From Eledone cirrhosa (lineage: Eukaryota): DNA of 64,000 bases. Location of the stretch: contig OZ024743.1 in assembly GCA_964016885.1 (NCBI GenBank), forward strand, positions 299,088,001 through 299,152,000. Reading direction: 5' to 3'. Positions within the stretch are counted from its first letter, which is position 1, and each line of letters begins with the position of its first letter. Of this stretch, positions 27,120 to 42,004 are shown piece by piece. The notes below the pieces were generated by a model, which ran no database searches, was not told the DNA's origin, and saw nothing but the letters and a program-made list of their open reading frames with translations. A program made the translations under genes and the position numbers.

Positions 27120-30100
27120 ATATATATATATATATTTATATTTGTGTATGTGTGTGTTTATCTATATCTATATCTGTATGTATATGTATGCATTTATGTA
27201 TGTTTGAATGCATAAGCTCATATATCTGTATGTATCATAACACATTTTTGTGTGGCAGCTGCTTCATATATGGGTGATGCATGGTTCTATGAAGAACGTA
27301 AATGAATGAATGAATAAATGAATGAATAAATATCTGAATTTACCCCAAAGTAAGTCTGTCATATTCGTTAATATCAAATAAGTCTAGCTATGAATAACAA
27401 TTGGGAATTAGTAAATATGTGTTATATCAACATAGCTGGCAGTTATTAAAGTTGTGTTGAGACTGCGTTATCTGTGATAGTATAATCACACTATGTCGAC
27501 CAAACTTCATTTATTACATTGTTTCTGTTATGTTATTTAAAATGATATACTGTTTGAAGTTTCACTATTATTTCACCTTTCAAACTAAATGTGTTATTAT
27601 TTCTTCCATTATAACATATTTGAGTATTTATTTATTTGTGTATTCATGTATATATTATTTATTTACTTATTTATTTATTCATCTATTTATATATCAATCA
27701 GATAGTTTGGTATTATCTTAAACTTTACTGAAGTAGCTGTGACTTAATCAAATATACCACAGCATCATTCTGATATATATATTTCTCCTCCAAATTCCAG
27801 TTTGGCAATTTCTCTAATGCTTCTGACGCAATATAACACTCTGTTATTTGTTTCATTTGACACACCTACTTGATCCTTTAGCAAAGTTCACTCACTATCT
27901 CATTATACTGCAGACATTCACACCAATACTCACCTCACAGGTTTCGCTTCAAACACGTATTTTTCATAAGAATCAACTTGAAGACGACTTCACTAGTTTG
28001 GGCGGATTTGCAAATGGATACTGCTCTAACCACCCATGACTGTTATAAACAAGCACAAACAGGATTAATAGTTGCACATACGATTAATAGTTGCACACAC
28101 AAAGTACTGAGTTTCAAAGAACCAGCTACAAGTGTCGAGGCATTAAATGGGCAAAGGATCAAGTGTATCGAATACTGAGTTATACGTTTGGTTTTCGTGT
28201 GTTTAAATCTAATTTAAAAAAAAGTATTTAACTATGCGTATTTAACCATTTTCGAATATGTTGTGAATATATGACAGATATTCTAAGAATATTCTTGCGT
28301 TAAACAGAGAATTTTTATGAAATTTCTCCAAATACTTTATCTAATTGTTTTAAAATGTCTTAAATTTGATAGTTCATCTAATCTCTAGGAGTAGGATTTA
28401 AAAGTAGATGGACTTTCAGAATACGTGAACAATAAATATGGTCATATACTCCTTGGGACAAATCCTGAAGGTTAGGTAGTAATGCATCACCAAAAGAAAG
28501 TAGGCGATTGCCTCTTCCCACGGACCGTTCACAGATATGTATAACATTCACTGATGATTCTCTGTGGTCATTCAATGGTGAAAATGATATGTTAAGCTAC
28601 TAGTAAACCTGTATCTGGTTCGAGTCCTGCTAAAATTGATAGTATAAACCATAAACGTGTATTAATCTGGCGGGTAATACCTATTACAGCAAATGTGCCA
28701 CATGATCGTTTGATATGATAGAATTCGTAAGAAAATCGTTCTAAATATCAAACTCTATTGTGTTGTTTTAAAAAGAAAAAAACATATTAGATACTAAAGT
28801 AAATGTAAACTAGGATTGAAAATATAGCATAATTACGCTTAGAATACTCCTAGTATATGCCTAGAATACTTTGGTCGACGTTCCCTTGACCAGGTTTGAT
28901 ACGTAGTTAAGCAATAACAATAGAATCCTGTAATATGTTTAGCCAGCCATCTGGAAACCAATATTATTATTCCTTAACCTAATATAAATATAATTTGGAT
29001 AACCCGCTGCATCTTGCACATTCCTCATTAACTCATCCCTCATTATCATTCGATGAATGTAAAACAATTTGAACTGCTTCAGCAGGTTTAAACGGTTTCT
29101 TGTCATATGGGCTACCCCATCATGATTCCACAAAACTTCTGAGATACTAATCTTGTTAAAATGAACAGTAAGGAAATCGATTCAAAGTCAAATGTTTCTA
29201 TATGCTTAAAGAATCCACGGTGCAAAGAAGGTCATAGAAGATCAGCTTCAGTGAACCCCCATAAAATATGAGTAATGTCCAATACAGTTGACTTGACAGC
29301 TGGGTCAAATCAACAACATAGTGACACGTCAAAGATAAGGGAAGATAATTACAATAATTCAATAATTCATTTATTAGAAAATTAATAACTGCATGCTTAG
29401 ACAGGGATTTAATTTGTGTTAACTGACAGGACGTGAGTTACGATCATTTTCCCGCTTTGCAAGACCTCGCTCACTGCTTCCTTATTTCTTTACGTAATTG
29501 ATTTGGGTGTGAAATTCTTTGCAAAGTATGTATAGTCACACTTCTTCAATAGTTATGGTTATCATAATAGTGCGCCTTTACTTTCATTCAGGTAATTGTA
29601 AATATAAAATGTTTTCCTAAAAAATTTAGTAATTATTAAGATCTACTTCCATCCCTTGGCGTGAAAATAATACATAAATAAAGATATTAAACTTAAATTA
29701 TTGAAAACAAATATATTTAGTAAAAAGTCGCTTCAAGTCACATTGACGACAACAACAATGACGACAACAACAACAAAAATAATACAGATTATTATTAATT
29801 CAAGTGGATTTCTAACTCAAAATGTTCGTTCTAATGAAATATATATAAACATTGAAGCAAAAGGACGATATAAGACATGTGTAAACGCTTGGATGTAAGC
29901 CTCCAGGACGAAATATAATAGTAATAATGTAATTTTATAGGGAAATGAAATTCAATACAATTTATCAGTAATGGAACTTGACAGCAAACGCACTTTCGGC
30001 ATTTCAAGATTTAAAATCATAGAATTTATCATCAGGTTATATTTATGAATTGAAAATTGCAGAATACTTTATAAAAGCTTAAATGCTATATAAAGTTTTA

Positions 30101-30309
30101 AAATGTTATTAAGGTATATAAATAAAGAAATACTTACATAGAATACAAAACTATATTCCAAGTTTAGTATATTTTATCTATATATTACATTAACTGGCAA
30201 ATATGAGATAATAAATAGGAAAAATATGATAATGACTATAACGATAACTTTAGAAGTGTATTAATATAAAACAAAACATAGAATAAGGAAAATGTATAAA
30301 TACAACTGT

Positions 30310-30397
<88 letters not shown>

Positions 30398-30689
30398 AGC
30401 GTTTGCCCTACGAGGACCAGGAAAACCACAAATCATAGTACTCTATGCATGGAGCGATGCAATATATATAAATATAGATATATCTAAATATATACATATA
30501 TACACATGCACATACGCACATACACATACACAGACACACACCCACACCCACACACATATATACAAATATATACATATATATGTGTATGTGTGTGTGTGGG
30601 TGTATGTGTGTGTGTGTATAAATATGTATTAGTATTGGTGCTCCGGCTGTAATATACATATGAATGTACGTATTGTCTATTATTAAATA

Positions 30690-30855
30690 CAGATAAATTT
30701 CCGTTATAAGTAATACCATTATAACGAATTTTTTCAGAATTTGTTTCAATCCCAGGCCACACGCTCGATGTGTTAGGTGAATCTCGTTATAAAGAAATTT
30801 TTCGTACAACGGATTTTTTATACCCTGTGAATTTCGTTATAACGGAATTTCACTG
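30690..30855. mobile_element. Tc1/mariner (pogo/Tigger-like) MITE
   Basis: TA|cagataaatttccgttataa ... ttataacggaatttcactg|TA, with internal cgttataacg-like subrepeats. Confidence 0.65.
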
Positions 30856-30917
30856 TATACAATACGTGCATTTATAATATATATATATATATATATATAT
30901 AAACATACACACACACA

Positions 30918-31007
<90 letters not shown>

Positions 31008-31422
31008 TGTATTGAAGAATGAATATAAAACAAAAGTCAGAGTTATTCATTGTTTTACGATCGTTTCACAGGGTTGATTCATCGAGAGTAGAAACAGACC
31101 GAGACGAGAAACAGGTTGCGGCGTAAGCTCTACCATGGGAGACGATATATTGATCTTCAATCAACTCACTGAAACAATCGTAAAGCAAGGAACTAATTAC
31201 ATATTTATCTATGGCTTTTCTTTTATTTTCATTGTTCACACCACCACAGAAGCAGAAACACTCCATTTCAATTTCACTTTTGAAATTCATAAGAACCGTG
31301 AAACGCTAAAGTAAATAAATATTTTTAAAAGGCTCCAGCTACTTTTACAATATCTTTTCCTTATATTTTTATCTGTGTGGGACATTTAAAAAAACTTACT
31401 TTCTTATATATATATATATATA

Positions 31423-31574
<152 letters not shown>

Positions 31575-31611
31575 ATTCGTAAATAACGTATAGGAGAGTT
31601 GAGTAAATTGA

Positions 31612-31868
31612 AATTCTTAGAGAATGCAGAGGATCTTAAACGCAGGAAGTAACAGAACGCAGTCGATGCTCTAAATAATGCCTTCAAAAATCGGGGTAAA
31701 TGTAAAATACACCTATAGAAGGAAGAAGTGGACAACAGCCCCTTCAGAAAATTGAACTGTCTAGAGGCACATAGGGGTGTTTTATCCGATTTCCTATGCT
31801 GTTATTTAGAGCAATCGACCTGTTTAGGTTTTTTTGGGGAGTTTGTAATTTTCTGCATTTTCCAAGAA
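31612..31868. repeat. Old degenerate inverted repeat
   Basis: Nested pairs: ttcttagagaatgcaga/tctgcattttccaagaa, gtcgatgctctaaataa/ttatttagagcaatcgac, taaaatacacctat/ataggggtgtttta. Confidence 0.6.
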
Positions 31869-32000
31869 TATATATGCATATACATACATATATAATTCTC
31901 TCTTTCTCTCTTTCTCTCTCGCTATATATATATATATATATATATATGAAAAAATTGGGAGAAGAATACTGCAGGTTGCACATGGATAACATGTTATAAA

Positions 32001-32481
32001 ATGAGTCCCTCATCAGTGATTTGCCAACGATCATACATATTTCATTGCATTAAAAATCATATACCTCACGTTGGTGCAATAATAACTAAATTAAGTTATT
32101 AGGACAATTAAAACGCGTAAAGCGAGTGAGACAAGTAAACAACAAAGAGGAAAGCTAACCGTAGATAGGAAGGGCACAAGCTACATAGTTATTCTGTCAG
32201 CATAAGCTGGGTGAATATATGAGCGCGTAGAAAAAAGACCTTTCGAGATGAATCCAAATGTAAGAAAGAAGGAAATTGTTTTAGTCGCGAACGGGGTGAA
32301 GTGAGAAGGGGAGAAACAGTGAGTGAGTGAGTGGAAGTGTGAGGAAGAGGTCAGTAGAGAGAAAGTGTTAACTTAAATGACAGAGGGGGCGAAAGAAAGT
32401 AAGAGAAACAGAGAGAACGAGGGAGCAGTAAGAGAGAGAGAGAGAGAGAGAAAAACAGAATCGCAGTTTAGGTAAATATAG

Positions 32482-32490
<9 letters not shown>
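32001..32490 (-). mobile_element. Diverged copy of the 627-bp element, including the permuted-HHR motif (32005-32105)
   Basis: gtcct-aataact..agttatt-attgca-ccaacg-tga-GGTAT-A-tgattt-ttaa-tgcaat-GAAA-TATG-tatgat-cgttgg-c-aaatca-CTGATGA-gggac. Body colinear with about 12570-13150. Confidence 0.75.
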
Positions 32491-32525
<35 letters not shown>

Positions 32526-32575
32526 GAGTTCTTCATACGGATTGGACACTACCGTAAACTTTTGGTAGATTTATC

Positions 32576-32625
<50 letters not shown>

Positions 32626-32628
<3 letters not shown>

Positions 32629-32988
32629 GATATTAAACAAATGGAAACTATATTTATAAAACCATATTTATTTCATTATACATATTTCAGGGATACCATA
32701 TTAAAAATATGTCATGCCTTCTTCAGATAAAATACAATATATAAGCAGTTTTATAAATAAATTTGACGTACCATAAATATTGATCAACTTCCATTTAAAA
32801 AGTTGGTTTAATATGGTATCCCTAAAATATGTATAATGAAATAAATATGTATAATGAAATAAATATGGTTTTATAATATAGTTTCCATTTGTTTAATATC
32901 GTATATCTACTCCAAAACTTGTTGAGTGCTTTATATCAGTTATAAAATATTTACTCGTTGTAACCCAACAATTTTAAAATAAACCTTT

Positions 32989-32993
<5 letters not shown>
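32626..32993. mobile_element. Fold-back PLE end with HHR (32669-32734, minus)
   Basis: Minus strand: tattttat-CTGAAGA-aggcat..atccct-GAAA-TATGTA-TA-atgaaata. Same family as 44970-45845. Confidence 0.75.
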
Positions 32994-33056
<63 letters not shown>

Positions 33057-33245
33057 AAGAATTCGAAGTCGGAAAGTCGTGAAAGTGCAGGTTTGGACTG
33101 AGAAAAAATCAACACGCAAAAAGCACAAAATGTAGGATTTGTTCCTTTCTACCTTAACTTATTCATACGACCTGATATTTCGACTTTCTGTGCTTTTTAC
33201 GCTTCAAGTAGACTACAAATTCGTTACATATCTCTCTCTCTCTCC

Positions 33246-33336
<91 letters not shown>

Positions 33337-33552
33337 GCAAAATATTAAACTGCCTATATTTCTTTGATTTTTATCCGCTTTAATATGTTCTCTTTGTGCA
33401 TTGTTGCTCCGCGAAAATATCGCTTATGAGTTTGCTTTGACACAACTATTTGTTGCACCTGCTATCATCGAGGGAAACAAGGTTGAAATAATAATAAGGC
33501 CTCTATGCATTTAGCATTGTATTATTCTATACATCCCTATTATATATATATC

Positions 33553-33655
33553 ATAATTGTTTCTACTTTAGGCACAAGGACAGCAATTACCCAGTGCATT
33601 ACTGGTACTTTATTTTATCGACCCCGTAAGGATGAAAGGCAAAGTTAACCTCGGC
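33553..33655 (-). mobile_element. 5'-truncated tRNA-SINE
   Basis: Matches the 3' half of the SINE at 48109-48293. Confidence 0.82.
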
Positions 33656-33719
33656 AATATATAATAATAATATTATTTATAGTTATATATACACTATATA
33701 CAACTATAAACAGCAAATG

Positions 33720-34400
33720 TCCGTAATTTATTACTACCAGTAAGAAAAATAGCTCAATGTAAATACATCAGATGTTTTACAGACCACGAATATAAATTAC
33801 ACAATAATAAAAACTATGTTCAAATCATTTTATTGCTGACAATCGTTTCTTCTAAACTTTCGTTTGGTATCCTCGGAGCACTAGCAAAGTTTGGACATAT
33901 AGTATAATAATTAAAGCAGTATAGTGAGTGCAAATGCGTTAGGCATATAGTGGACAGTTAGGTGTAGGAAACAAGCAATGGTACTAGGCATATATAATTA
34001 CGGCCCTGGCAACGGTATCACATAAAATAACATAGGTTTACAAGCATATCAAGCAGGCAAAGGTGTTTGTGTATTAAAATTATGAGTTTATGGTGGATAT
34101 AGTGTGATAATTGTTTCTGTAATTATTATACTATTCTCTTGTAACCTCTGTCACATGCATTTCACTCTGTGCCTCTTTAATTATTATACAATTCTCTTGT
34201 AATCTCTGTCACATCCATTCCACTCTGTAAATACGAAACTGTTGATGACAACATGTATCTATATGATTGTTCAGTTGAATAGGAAGTTAATTATATGTCC
34301 AAACTTTGCTAGTGCTCCGCGGATTCCAAACGAAAGTTTGGAAGAAATAATTGTCACCAATAAAATGATTTGAACATAGTTTTGATTATTGTTTAATTTA
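33720..34400. mobile_element. PLE-like pLTR fragment with inverted HHR-bearing ends
   Basis: About 33812-33900 is inverted relative to 34293-34385. HHRs at 33834-33880 (-; CCGAGGA) and 34313-34359 (+; stem II ttccaaac GAAA gtttggaa). Confidence 0.7.
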
Positions 34401-34409
34401 TATATGACG

Positions 34410-36190
34410 GCGATGAATTTGTTTTGCGAGGTTTTTGATATGAAATCGTGTGTCGAAACAAATATTGTTATACTTAGGGAGGGTCATATTGTTGTAATAA
34501 TATTGCCAGAAATAATAACAGAACACACTCACTGTTTGGTTGGTTTTCGCTTCTGCATCTTTTATATCAGTTAATTTATTCCGTCCTCAATGTTTGACCA
34601 GCGGTAATGTTTGACCATTGAATGACCAGCGGTAAAAAATACAGATATAATATAGACACAAACACATATATATAGTCTAACATAGTTCTTTTGTTGCACA
34701 TCTGCAACATCGTCAGTGGTGCTATTATGTTCCTCTTGTTGTATTGTATGTCTACGCCATCTTTATTTAATCTGTTTATTTATTTATTTATTTATTTTTG
34801 TCTTCTCTGCAAATGCGTTTGCGTGTGTGTATAATGTTTGATGTCTGTTCGCGTTTGGGTGACTGTTTTGGTTATTGTATTTTATCTTAGTTTACTAGTG
34901 TGTGTTTATATGTGTTTGTTGCTATTGTGCCTGTGCATATATTTATCTATTTATTTATATTTCTCTTAGGTCAGTATTGTTTGTTTGGGTGTTGTTATTC
35001 CATTCATTTTTTCTGTTTAGCTTTGGCCTTCTAAGTTCTATTTCACTGGCCTCTCTGATTTTCCTATCAGCTGGGTAATTTCTATGTTTAGATATTATTT
35101 TAATTTCTATGTTGTCTATGTTACCGTAATATTGTTGTCTGGCATGTTCGTATAGTACTGAACCGCTTTTTCTTCCTTTTAGTTCCCCCCAGTATTGGTC
35201 TATCCCTTCACCTATGCTACGATCTGTCTCGCTTATGTATGTTGTTGTCATGTTTATGCAAATACCCTCTGTACATCTTATGCTATAGACTACGTTTCTA
35301 GTTTTACAGTTTATCCGGGGGTTTACTTTACATATAATACATTTCCTATTAGTACAGTGGGTTTTCTTAAAAGGGTATATTTTGATGATCAGGGATTTTA
35401 TAGTGGTTCCTGGCTTTTCTACCACCTTAATCTTTAAGTAGGTCTTTCTCAGGGCCTTTCTACACTGGTTAGCTAATTTCCCTCCAGGGGTAGCGTCCAC
35501 GAACAGGTCACTCTGGTATATCTGGTTGTCGTACCATGAGGTGGCTTTCCCTATCTTTTGTTTAGTCCTATCTAAGCTATTCCATGACTTGCTCCTGTAT
35601 AATGGGCAAATTCCTTTCATGTCCAGTTCTATGAGGGTCTTATACTTCTCCGTGGCTCATTCGTATACTCTGATTCTGTCTCTTTGGTTGTAGCCAGAGA
35701 ACTGCATGCGGTTGATGAAGTGTTGGATGTGTCTTTCCATTTCTGTTGGGTCGCACATGCGGGACACATTCTTCATCACGCGTACCAAGTCAGCGATCAG
35801 AATATTAAACTTAGCACTACTGGACATTGCTGAGTTTTTGAGTATCGGGTATTTGGAGGCCATGGGTTTAGCGTAGCGTGAGTGGAGAATTTGGGCTCTC
35901 TCGTCTATAGTGTTAATCCAGAGTTCCGTGTCTAATACAGGTAGTTTATTGTAAAGGGTGTTTGGAAGGGTAGTCGATAGTTACAGTTAAACTCTGGTGT
36001 ATGGAATTAGCTATCTGCCGGAAGCTTAGTTTAACTAGTTTAACTGTAACTATCGACTACCCTTCCAAACACCCTAACAATAGACTACCTGTATTAGACA
36101 CGGAACTCTGGATTAACACTACACTAGAAAGCCCAAATTCTCCACTCACACTATGCTAAACCCATGGCCTCCAAATACCCGATACTCAAA
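34410..36190 (-). mobile_element. PLE 3' part (RT thumb + GIY-YIG) with internal inversion
   Basis: LPVLDTELW..HYAKPMASKYPIL..SAMSSSAKFNIL; LFVDATPGGKL..VVEKPG..CKTRNVVYSIRC..YISETDRS..REASEI..PKLN. 36043-36190 is the inverse of about 35840-35988. HHR remnant at 34681-34719. Confidence 0.85.
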
Positions 36191-36229
36191 TATATATATG
36201 TATATATATATTTATATATATATATATAT

Positions 36230-36355
36230 TTAATAATGAAATGGCTTCTACAGGACTAGAACTGTTTCGTTCGGGAGAAATCATCAGGAAGTCCTGATGA
36301 TTTCTCCTAAATGAAATAGCCCTAGTCCTGTAGAAGCTATTTCTATATTAAATGT
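36230..36355. repeat. Small palindrome of a hammerhead-bearing PLE end
   Basis: Centre tcatcagga|ag|tcctgatga. Each arm reads CTGATGA..GAAA cagt TC tagtcc (degenerate, stem I truncated). Confidence 0.6.
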
Positions 36356-36889
36356 TTATACTCTGCTATGTATTGAGTACCTTACTTACTGTGGTTACTC
36401 CCGATTGAACCCTGGATACACTTTTACTGGATTCAGTCATTGCATTGCCGCCAAGCTGGGGCACCACATTCAAGGGTTTAATTGATCATACCGATGACAA
36501 CTTTTATTTTTCTAAGCCAGGTGCGTATTATATCTATATGTATTTTGCTGAATTGCTGGCAATGATAACGAGCAGCACGAACTTTTGGTCGTATAGACAT
36601 AAACACGGATACATACAGACATACAATCAAATAGAAGTTTATATACATGCATATACAATACCTTCATCAGGTCCTAGTCAACCGAATGCCCAAGAATCCA
36701 TGCAGTCGGATCGATCTCAGTATATATACGCAAATACTGTCTGGAGCTACCTGCTCAGGAGAAGCTGGTGAATCCACTGATGATGTATTCAAAACATTGA
36801 TACTGTGTAAGAACGTATTTTATATAAACTGAATGTTTAATAAATGCGTATTGTTTGTTCAACAAAAGCAAACGCATATTGTTGAACTT

Positions 36890-36930
<41 letters not shown>

Positions 36931-36953
36931 TTGACACACACGGACACGTGCAG

Positions 36954-36986
<33 letters not shown>

Positions 36987-37918
36987 CAAACTATAATAAA
37001 GTAAGGAGTGCGGGACTGCGTACGGTTTATAATCTTTCATCCAATTAGTAAAATAAGTTGGATCACTTTGAATAAATAATGAATGAATATTACATAATTT
37101 ATCTGCTAAATTTTGTGGCTGTTGATTAAACATATTGTATTGTTTATTTAAAGATTCACTTCTTTAACATTTTCAAATGTCAACACTTCCGGTTAGCGAA
37201 CGTTTAAATAAACATTCACATATTTCCATCACTAATTTTCTCCTTATGCAGTTTATATATAATATCGTCTTTTTTTAATGTATCATGGGTTACGTTACTG
37301 ATTACATAAGACAATGTAACGCAGTCTTCGTTCAATTTCTGTGTATATTGTCAATTACGATTTTATTTGATGTATCATATCTACATGCATATATACTTGC
37401 GTATAATATCAATATACACACTACACATGCTAGCAGAAAACCACCCGAAGGGTGGCTTTTCTTCTAGTATATATAAAGTTGTATTCCTGTCTGTTTGTTT
37501 GTGAGTTGTTTGATTGTTCACGAACTACACATATGGTTTTGGAGATAGATCCCCATAACCATATATATTCTGAAACTACATTTCCCTGGGTACTTGGATA
37601 AGTATATTTCATCTTAATCAAACCCCAGCTGAAAATGTTTTCCTTCGATTTATATGAAATTTAAACCATAGGTAAATGACAAGATATGATGCCTATTCAC
37701 AAAAGCTTTGAATTGATATTTTGAAAAAAATTATTTACAACAAAACAAAATAAGAATAAGATTTAATAAAGTAATTTTGATTTGATATATTACAAAAAAT
37801 AATGTTTTCCAATTTTTCATGCATTACATTTTATATTGAGTAATATTGAAATGCAGAGTTTTTCTCCATAAATTATATCACTGATTTAAAATCAATCATC
37901 ATTTTCTTACAAAAAAAA

Positions 37919-37942
37919 GCAAGCGCGGGTAATTCGGCTAGT
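37919..37942 (+). mobile_element. Helitron-like terminus
   Basis: gcaagcgcgggtaattcggCTAG|T followed by AT-rich sequence. The other end was not identified. Confidence 0.4.
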
Positions 37943-38116
37943 ATATATATACAATTATAAGAATCACAAGAATGATAAGAAAGACTTTTCTGATAGGTGC
38001 TACTATCTAGTGATCGAGAGGTTGATCCAAATATTAGAATTTCTTGTTTAAATTGCAAACTGATACTTTTCATGTTTGCCCCCCTTTTAATATAGTTTTG
38101 TTATACTACTAAAGTT

Positions 38117-38356
38117 GGGGTGCGTGGCCTAGTGGTAAGGGTGTTGGACTAAAGGTCACAATGTTGTGGGTTAGGTTCATGGGCTGGGTTGTGTGTTGTA
38201 TTTTTGAGCAAACTACTCCATTTCACGTTACTCCAGTATACTTAGCTAAAGATGAATACCACCATTATCTGGGGCTTTAACCCTGTGATGAACTGGCGTT
38301 CTGTCCAGGGGGGAATCATGTACTTTCAGCCGCTTTGCGCCATGGTAAACGGGATA
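38117..38356 (+). mobile_element. Decayed tRNA-derived CORE-type SINE
   Basis: Head tggcctagtggtaagg, CORE-like ttgagcaa..catttcacgttactccagt..cttagct, then ccctgtgatgaactggcgttctgtccagggg. Confidence 0.65.
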
Positions 38357-40513
38357 ACACAGAATTTGAATTTTTAGAATAGGGCGAGGAAGGAGGTTTA
38401 TACAAAAATTGTGCAAATGAAATCAAATCAATTGAGGATAAACAGAAATATAATCAATTTAAAAACAATATGAGGTAACTATCATGTTAAAAGACCAAAC
38501 AAAACACCCAGCGATTTACAGCAATAATTATCATAGGAATTGACAAGAGAAACTTTTCACTCCGGATCAGTTTCGACTCAACCACCGGTTTTCTCAAACG
38601 TTAAATGAATACAAAGCACAAGAGCGATTCACATTAAAATACTACTTATACATCTTGCAACTCCTGCACACACAAACGTTCTAGACTTGCACCAAAGAAA
38701 GCTATCTGACTAACAGACAAGCAAATATTTCCCAGCACATTACATACTCTACCCTCCAAACACAAAGATTATGTTTCTTGATTCTTCTATTTATGCTAAA
38801 ATGGGTCCTGTTTCATTGAATTAACAAGTGGTATATGATTTATAGACAATCCCATTTGGTGTAGCTGCATTTAAGATCTGGTAATCCATATTGTCTAATT
38901 CTAAAAACCATATAGTAAACAAACTATAAAGATGACGCTCCCGTTACAGCTATTAACCAACAAGAGCTCAAGCTGAATAGCAAGGACAACAAATATTTTG
39001 GGCCTCATCTCAATACAAATAGTAAACAAACAGCACGCGTAACATTAAGCCTTTCTCCGCAAAATTAAAAATAAAAGTATATACACATTATTGTGGTAGC
39101 TTATAAGCCGGTTTCAGAAGTTCCCCTATATACTACATATCGATGGCTCATGTTCCAATATATTAATGAGGAATCCCGCTATACAAGGGAAGGGAACAAG
39201 GAATATCGGGCCATATTTATATAACAATCGTAGTAAGACCGTTTCTAAATTAAACAGTTTTGTCATGAGTAATGCACATGCCTAGAATTTGTATTATTTC
39301 TAATGAAGTGGAAACAAATCCCGATTCAGAAAACTACTGTAATGATATCAATGAAAATGAAGGACAAAATCTTTTGAAAAGAAGCATCTGTTTCTTCCTG
39401 TTTTCACAGTTGGGTGTAAAAACTAAAGTAGAACTTTTTGGACAAAAAAAAAAAAAAAAAAAATTCTGTCAAAGATTACTTGGTAAATATTCTCATTTGT
39501 TTTACTTTTTTTAATATATATGTTCCATTAAAATCTATTTCTATTATTCGTATTGCTTAACACTAATGTACGTTTAAGATTAAGCCTCCATGGGAGGTCC
39601 ATAGTAAGGAACCCCATAATGTAATGTGGATTGTCTCTTGGTAAGCTTAATTACATATCATTTAAACGTAAACACAATATTTTATAATTCTATGCTATCG
39701 AATGTACACAATCTGATATTATTTCTATATTTATCTTTCCATTCATATTGTTTATTTCATCCAATATCCCCTGGAGAATCTTTCAATATATTTAATTTCT
39801 GATATTTTTCTAACATTTTTCTTTTGTTGTTCTTGTCTGAGTCGATTGAAACAACAACTCTTAATGTTTATTTTAAATCTAATTCTACTTTATCTAGAAA
39901 AGCTAAATGATATATACATACATACGTACGTGCGTATATATACATTCATACATATATACATACATACGGACATACATACACTCATACATAATACATACAT
40001 AGAAACATACATAGATACATACATCCATACATACATGCTTTACAATATGTCTTTTATAAACAATCTTGTTTTACAACATTCAAAAAGAAATAAGCAAACA
40101 AACCAAAATATAATAATAGCCCTATATATATGTATATCAGTCTATCTAACTGTGTATGTACATTTGAAAGGGGCCAGTTTTTATTGTCTTTGTATTAGGA
40201 TAACGTTATGTGGTGTATATATAATAGGCAATAAATAGAGACGTTTGTTCTGATATGAACAAAGTTAAGCTTGTTGTATGCAATACGGAAGAAATAAATT
40301 GAGATAAATAAATCTTTATTCTTTCTATTAAGAAATGTATCAAACAAGAAGCGATCTGTAGATTGCATATAATTTATTGCTATTACTATTTCGATCGATC
40401 TTGATACGTATCCAACTATATTTGCTAATCATAACCACCAGTATACTCTTTCTTTCTTTCCTTCTCTCATTCTTTCATTCACTCTCTCTTTCATTTACTC
40501 TACTCTCTCTATC

Positions 40514-40603
<90 letters not shown>

Positions 40604-40986
40604 CACACACGCACACACACACACATACACACACATATATATATATTAATCCTCTCTTTGCAAATTTATGACTTTTTTTTCCTTTGGTGTGCCAAACAAG
40701 ATGAATGAGCAGCTTATAAGCTGAGAAATGTATGGTTCGATTCCAATTTCCGGCACCGTAGCGGGTTTTACGCCCAAAGAACATACCTAGGTATGAAATA
40801 CTGCCATAGAATATGTATGGAGCCCCACTCTATGTATTTGGCGATAAAGATGTGAGTTCAAATCAGCCGGGGATTTTATAACGAGATAAATCCCCTCAAC
40901 CCCCAATTTGTCTATTATAGAGTAGCGCTTTCGACTAGAGAAAATGCAAGTCCAGAAAATACTCATGCATTATACACTACTATTGC

Positions 40987-41290
40987 AGTTTAAACTACCT
41001 TGGCCATGTTCCTACCGTTAGATCTACTCTACCATTGTGATGTAACTAGTCAATCATGGCAGTGCTGGTAATGGAGTACGTACAATTTTTCTATTTCGGA
41101 GAATATCTGGTAATTAATCGAACGCAAGATAATACTCACTGATATAAGATCAAGTACCAGGCATTTCCTCGAAATAGAAAGGTTGTTAGCATTCCATTAC
41201 TAGCCATGCTGTATATGCGTGGTGAGATTAGTTACATCATAACGGCAGCATAGTTCTAGCCTTAAAATCATAACCAATGAAGTTTAAACT
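40987..41290. repeat. Old degenerate inverted repeat (MITE-like)
   Basis: agtttaaact at both ends; tgtgatgtaactagtc/gattagttacatcata; ctggtaatggagt/attccattactag. Confidence 0.55.
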
Positions 41291-41318
41291 TAAATCAGTG
41301 AGTACTCTTATGCTTGTG

Positions 41319-41645
41319 AAGGCATATAGCTTAGTGGTTACATTGTCTGAATCACAATCCTGATGGGGTGAGTTCGATACCCGGACTGGCAATGTGTTAT
41401 GTGTTTGAGCAAGACACTTTATTTCACATTGCTCCAGTTCACTCAGCTGTCGAAATGAGTTGCGACGTCACTTATGCCAAGCCCTATAGGCGATTACATT
41501 TCCCTTGGTAACATCGCTGGCGTGGAGAGGGGAGACTGGTATGCATAGATGACAGCTGGTCTTCCACATATAACCTTGGAAGGGAAACTTTCTCATTGCA
41601 AATACCATGGTCATTCATGACCGAATGTGGTTTTTATCCCGTTAC
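41319..41645 (+). mobile_element. tRNA-derived CORE-type SINE
   Basis: A-box tagcttagtgg, B-box gagttcgatacc, CORE-like ttgagcaagacactttatttcacattgctccagttcactcagctgt. Confidence 0.72.
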
Positions 41646-42004
41646 TCTGTTGCGTCAAAGCCTTTCTATGGATCTTGTAAACATAGTTGGACATTTCTCA
41701 ATAATATATTTTACTGATTTGACAGAGATTAAGAGAGAGCGCACGTAATTCATTTCGGGGACTCCGCCAAAGGTGGGACAGAGGTAGGACTTCAAAACAA
41801 AACGCAGTTTGTGTGGAATAATGTAGTTGATTTAATCACCCCGCTATAAGAATAGTCAAAGTTGACATTGGTGAGATTTGATCTCAAAATGTAAAGTGCT
41901 GTACCAAAATGCCACACATTTGCCGACCCTCTAATGTTTCTGCCAACTCATATTTATAATGCTATTATTATGTTAATAATAAACTCCTGGCTCAGAGTTA
42001 TTAT

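Noticed and set aside
27934-28039. Possible minus-strand exon (acag...GAG|gtgagt) and the ORF at 28378-28575
   Set aside because: No frame is open across the exon and no recognisable protein motif; it would need RNA-seq.
31047-31191. Short inverted repeat with TCGATGA..GAAA-CGATCG-TA
   Set aside because: Likely a decayed HHR end, but stems I and II do not pair.
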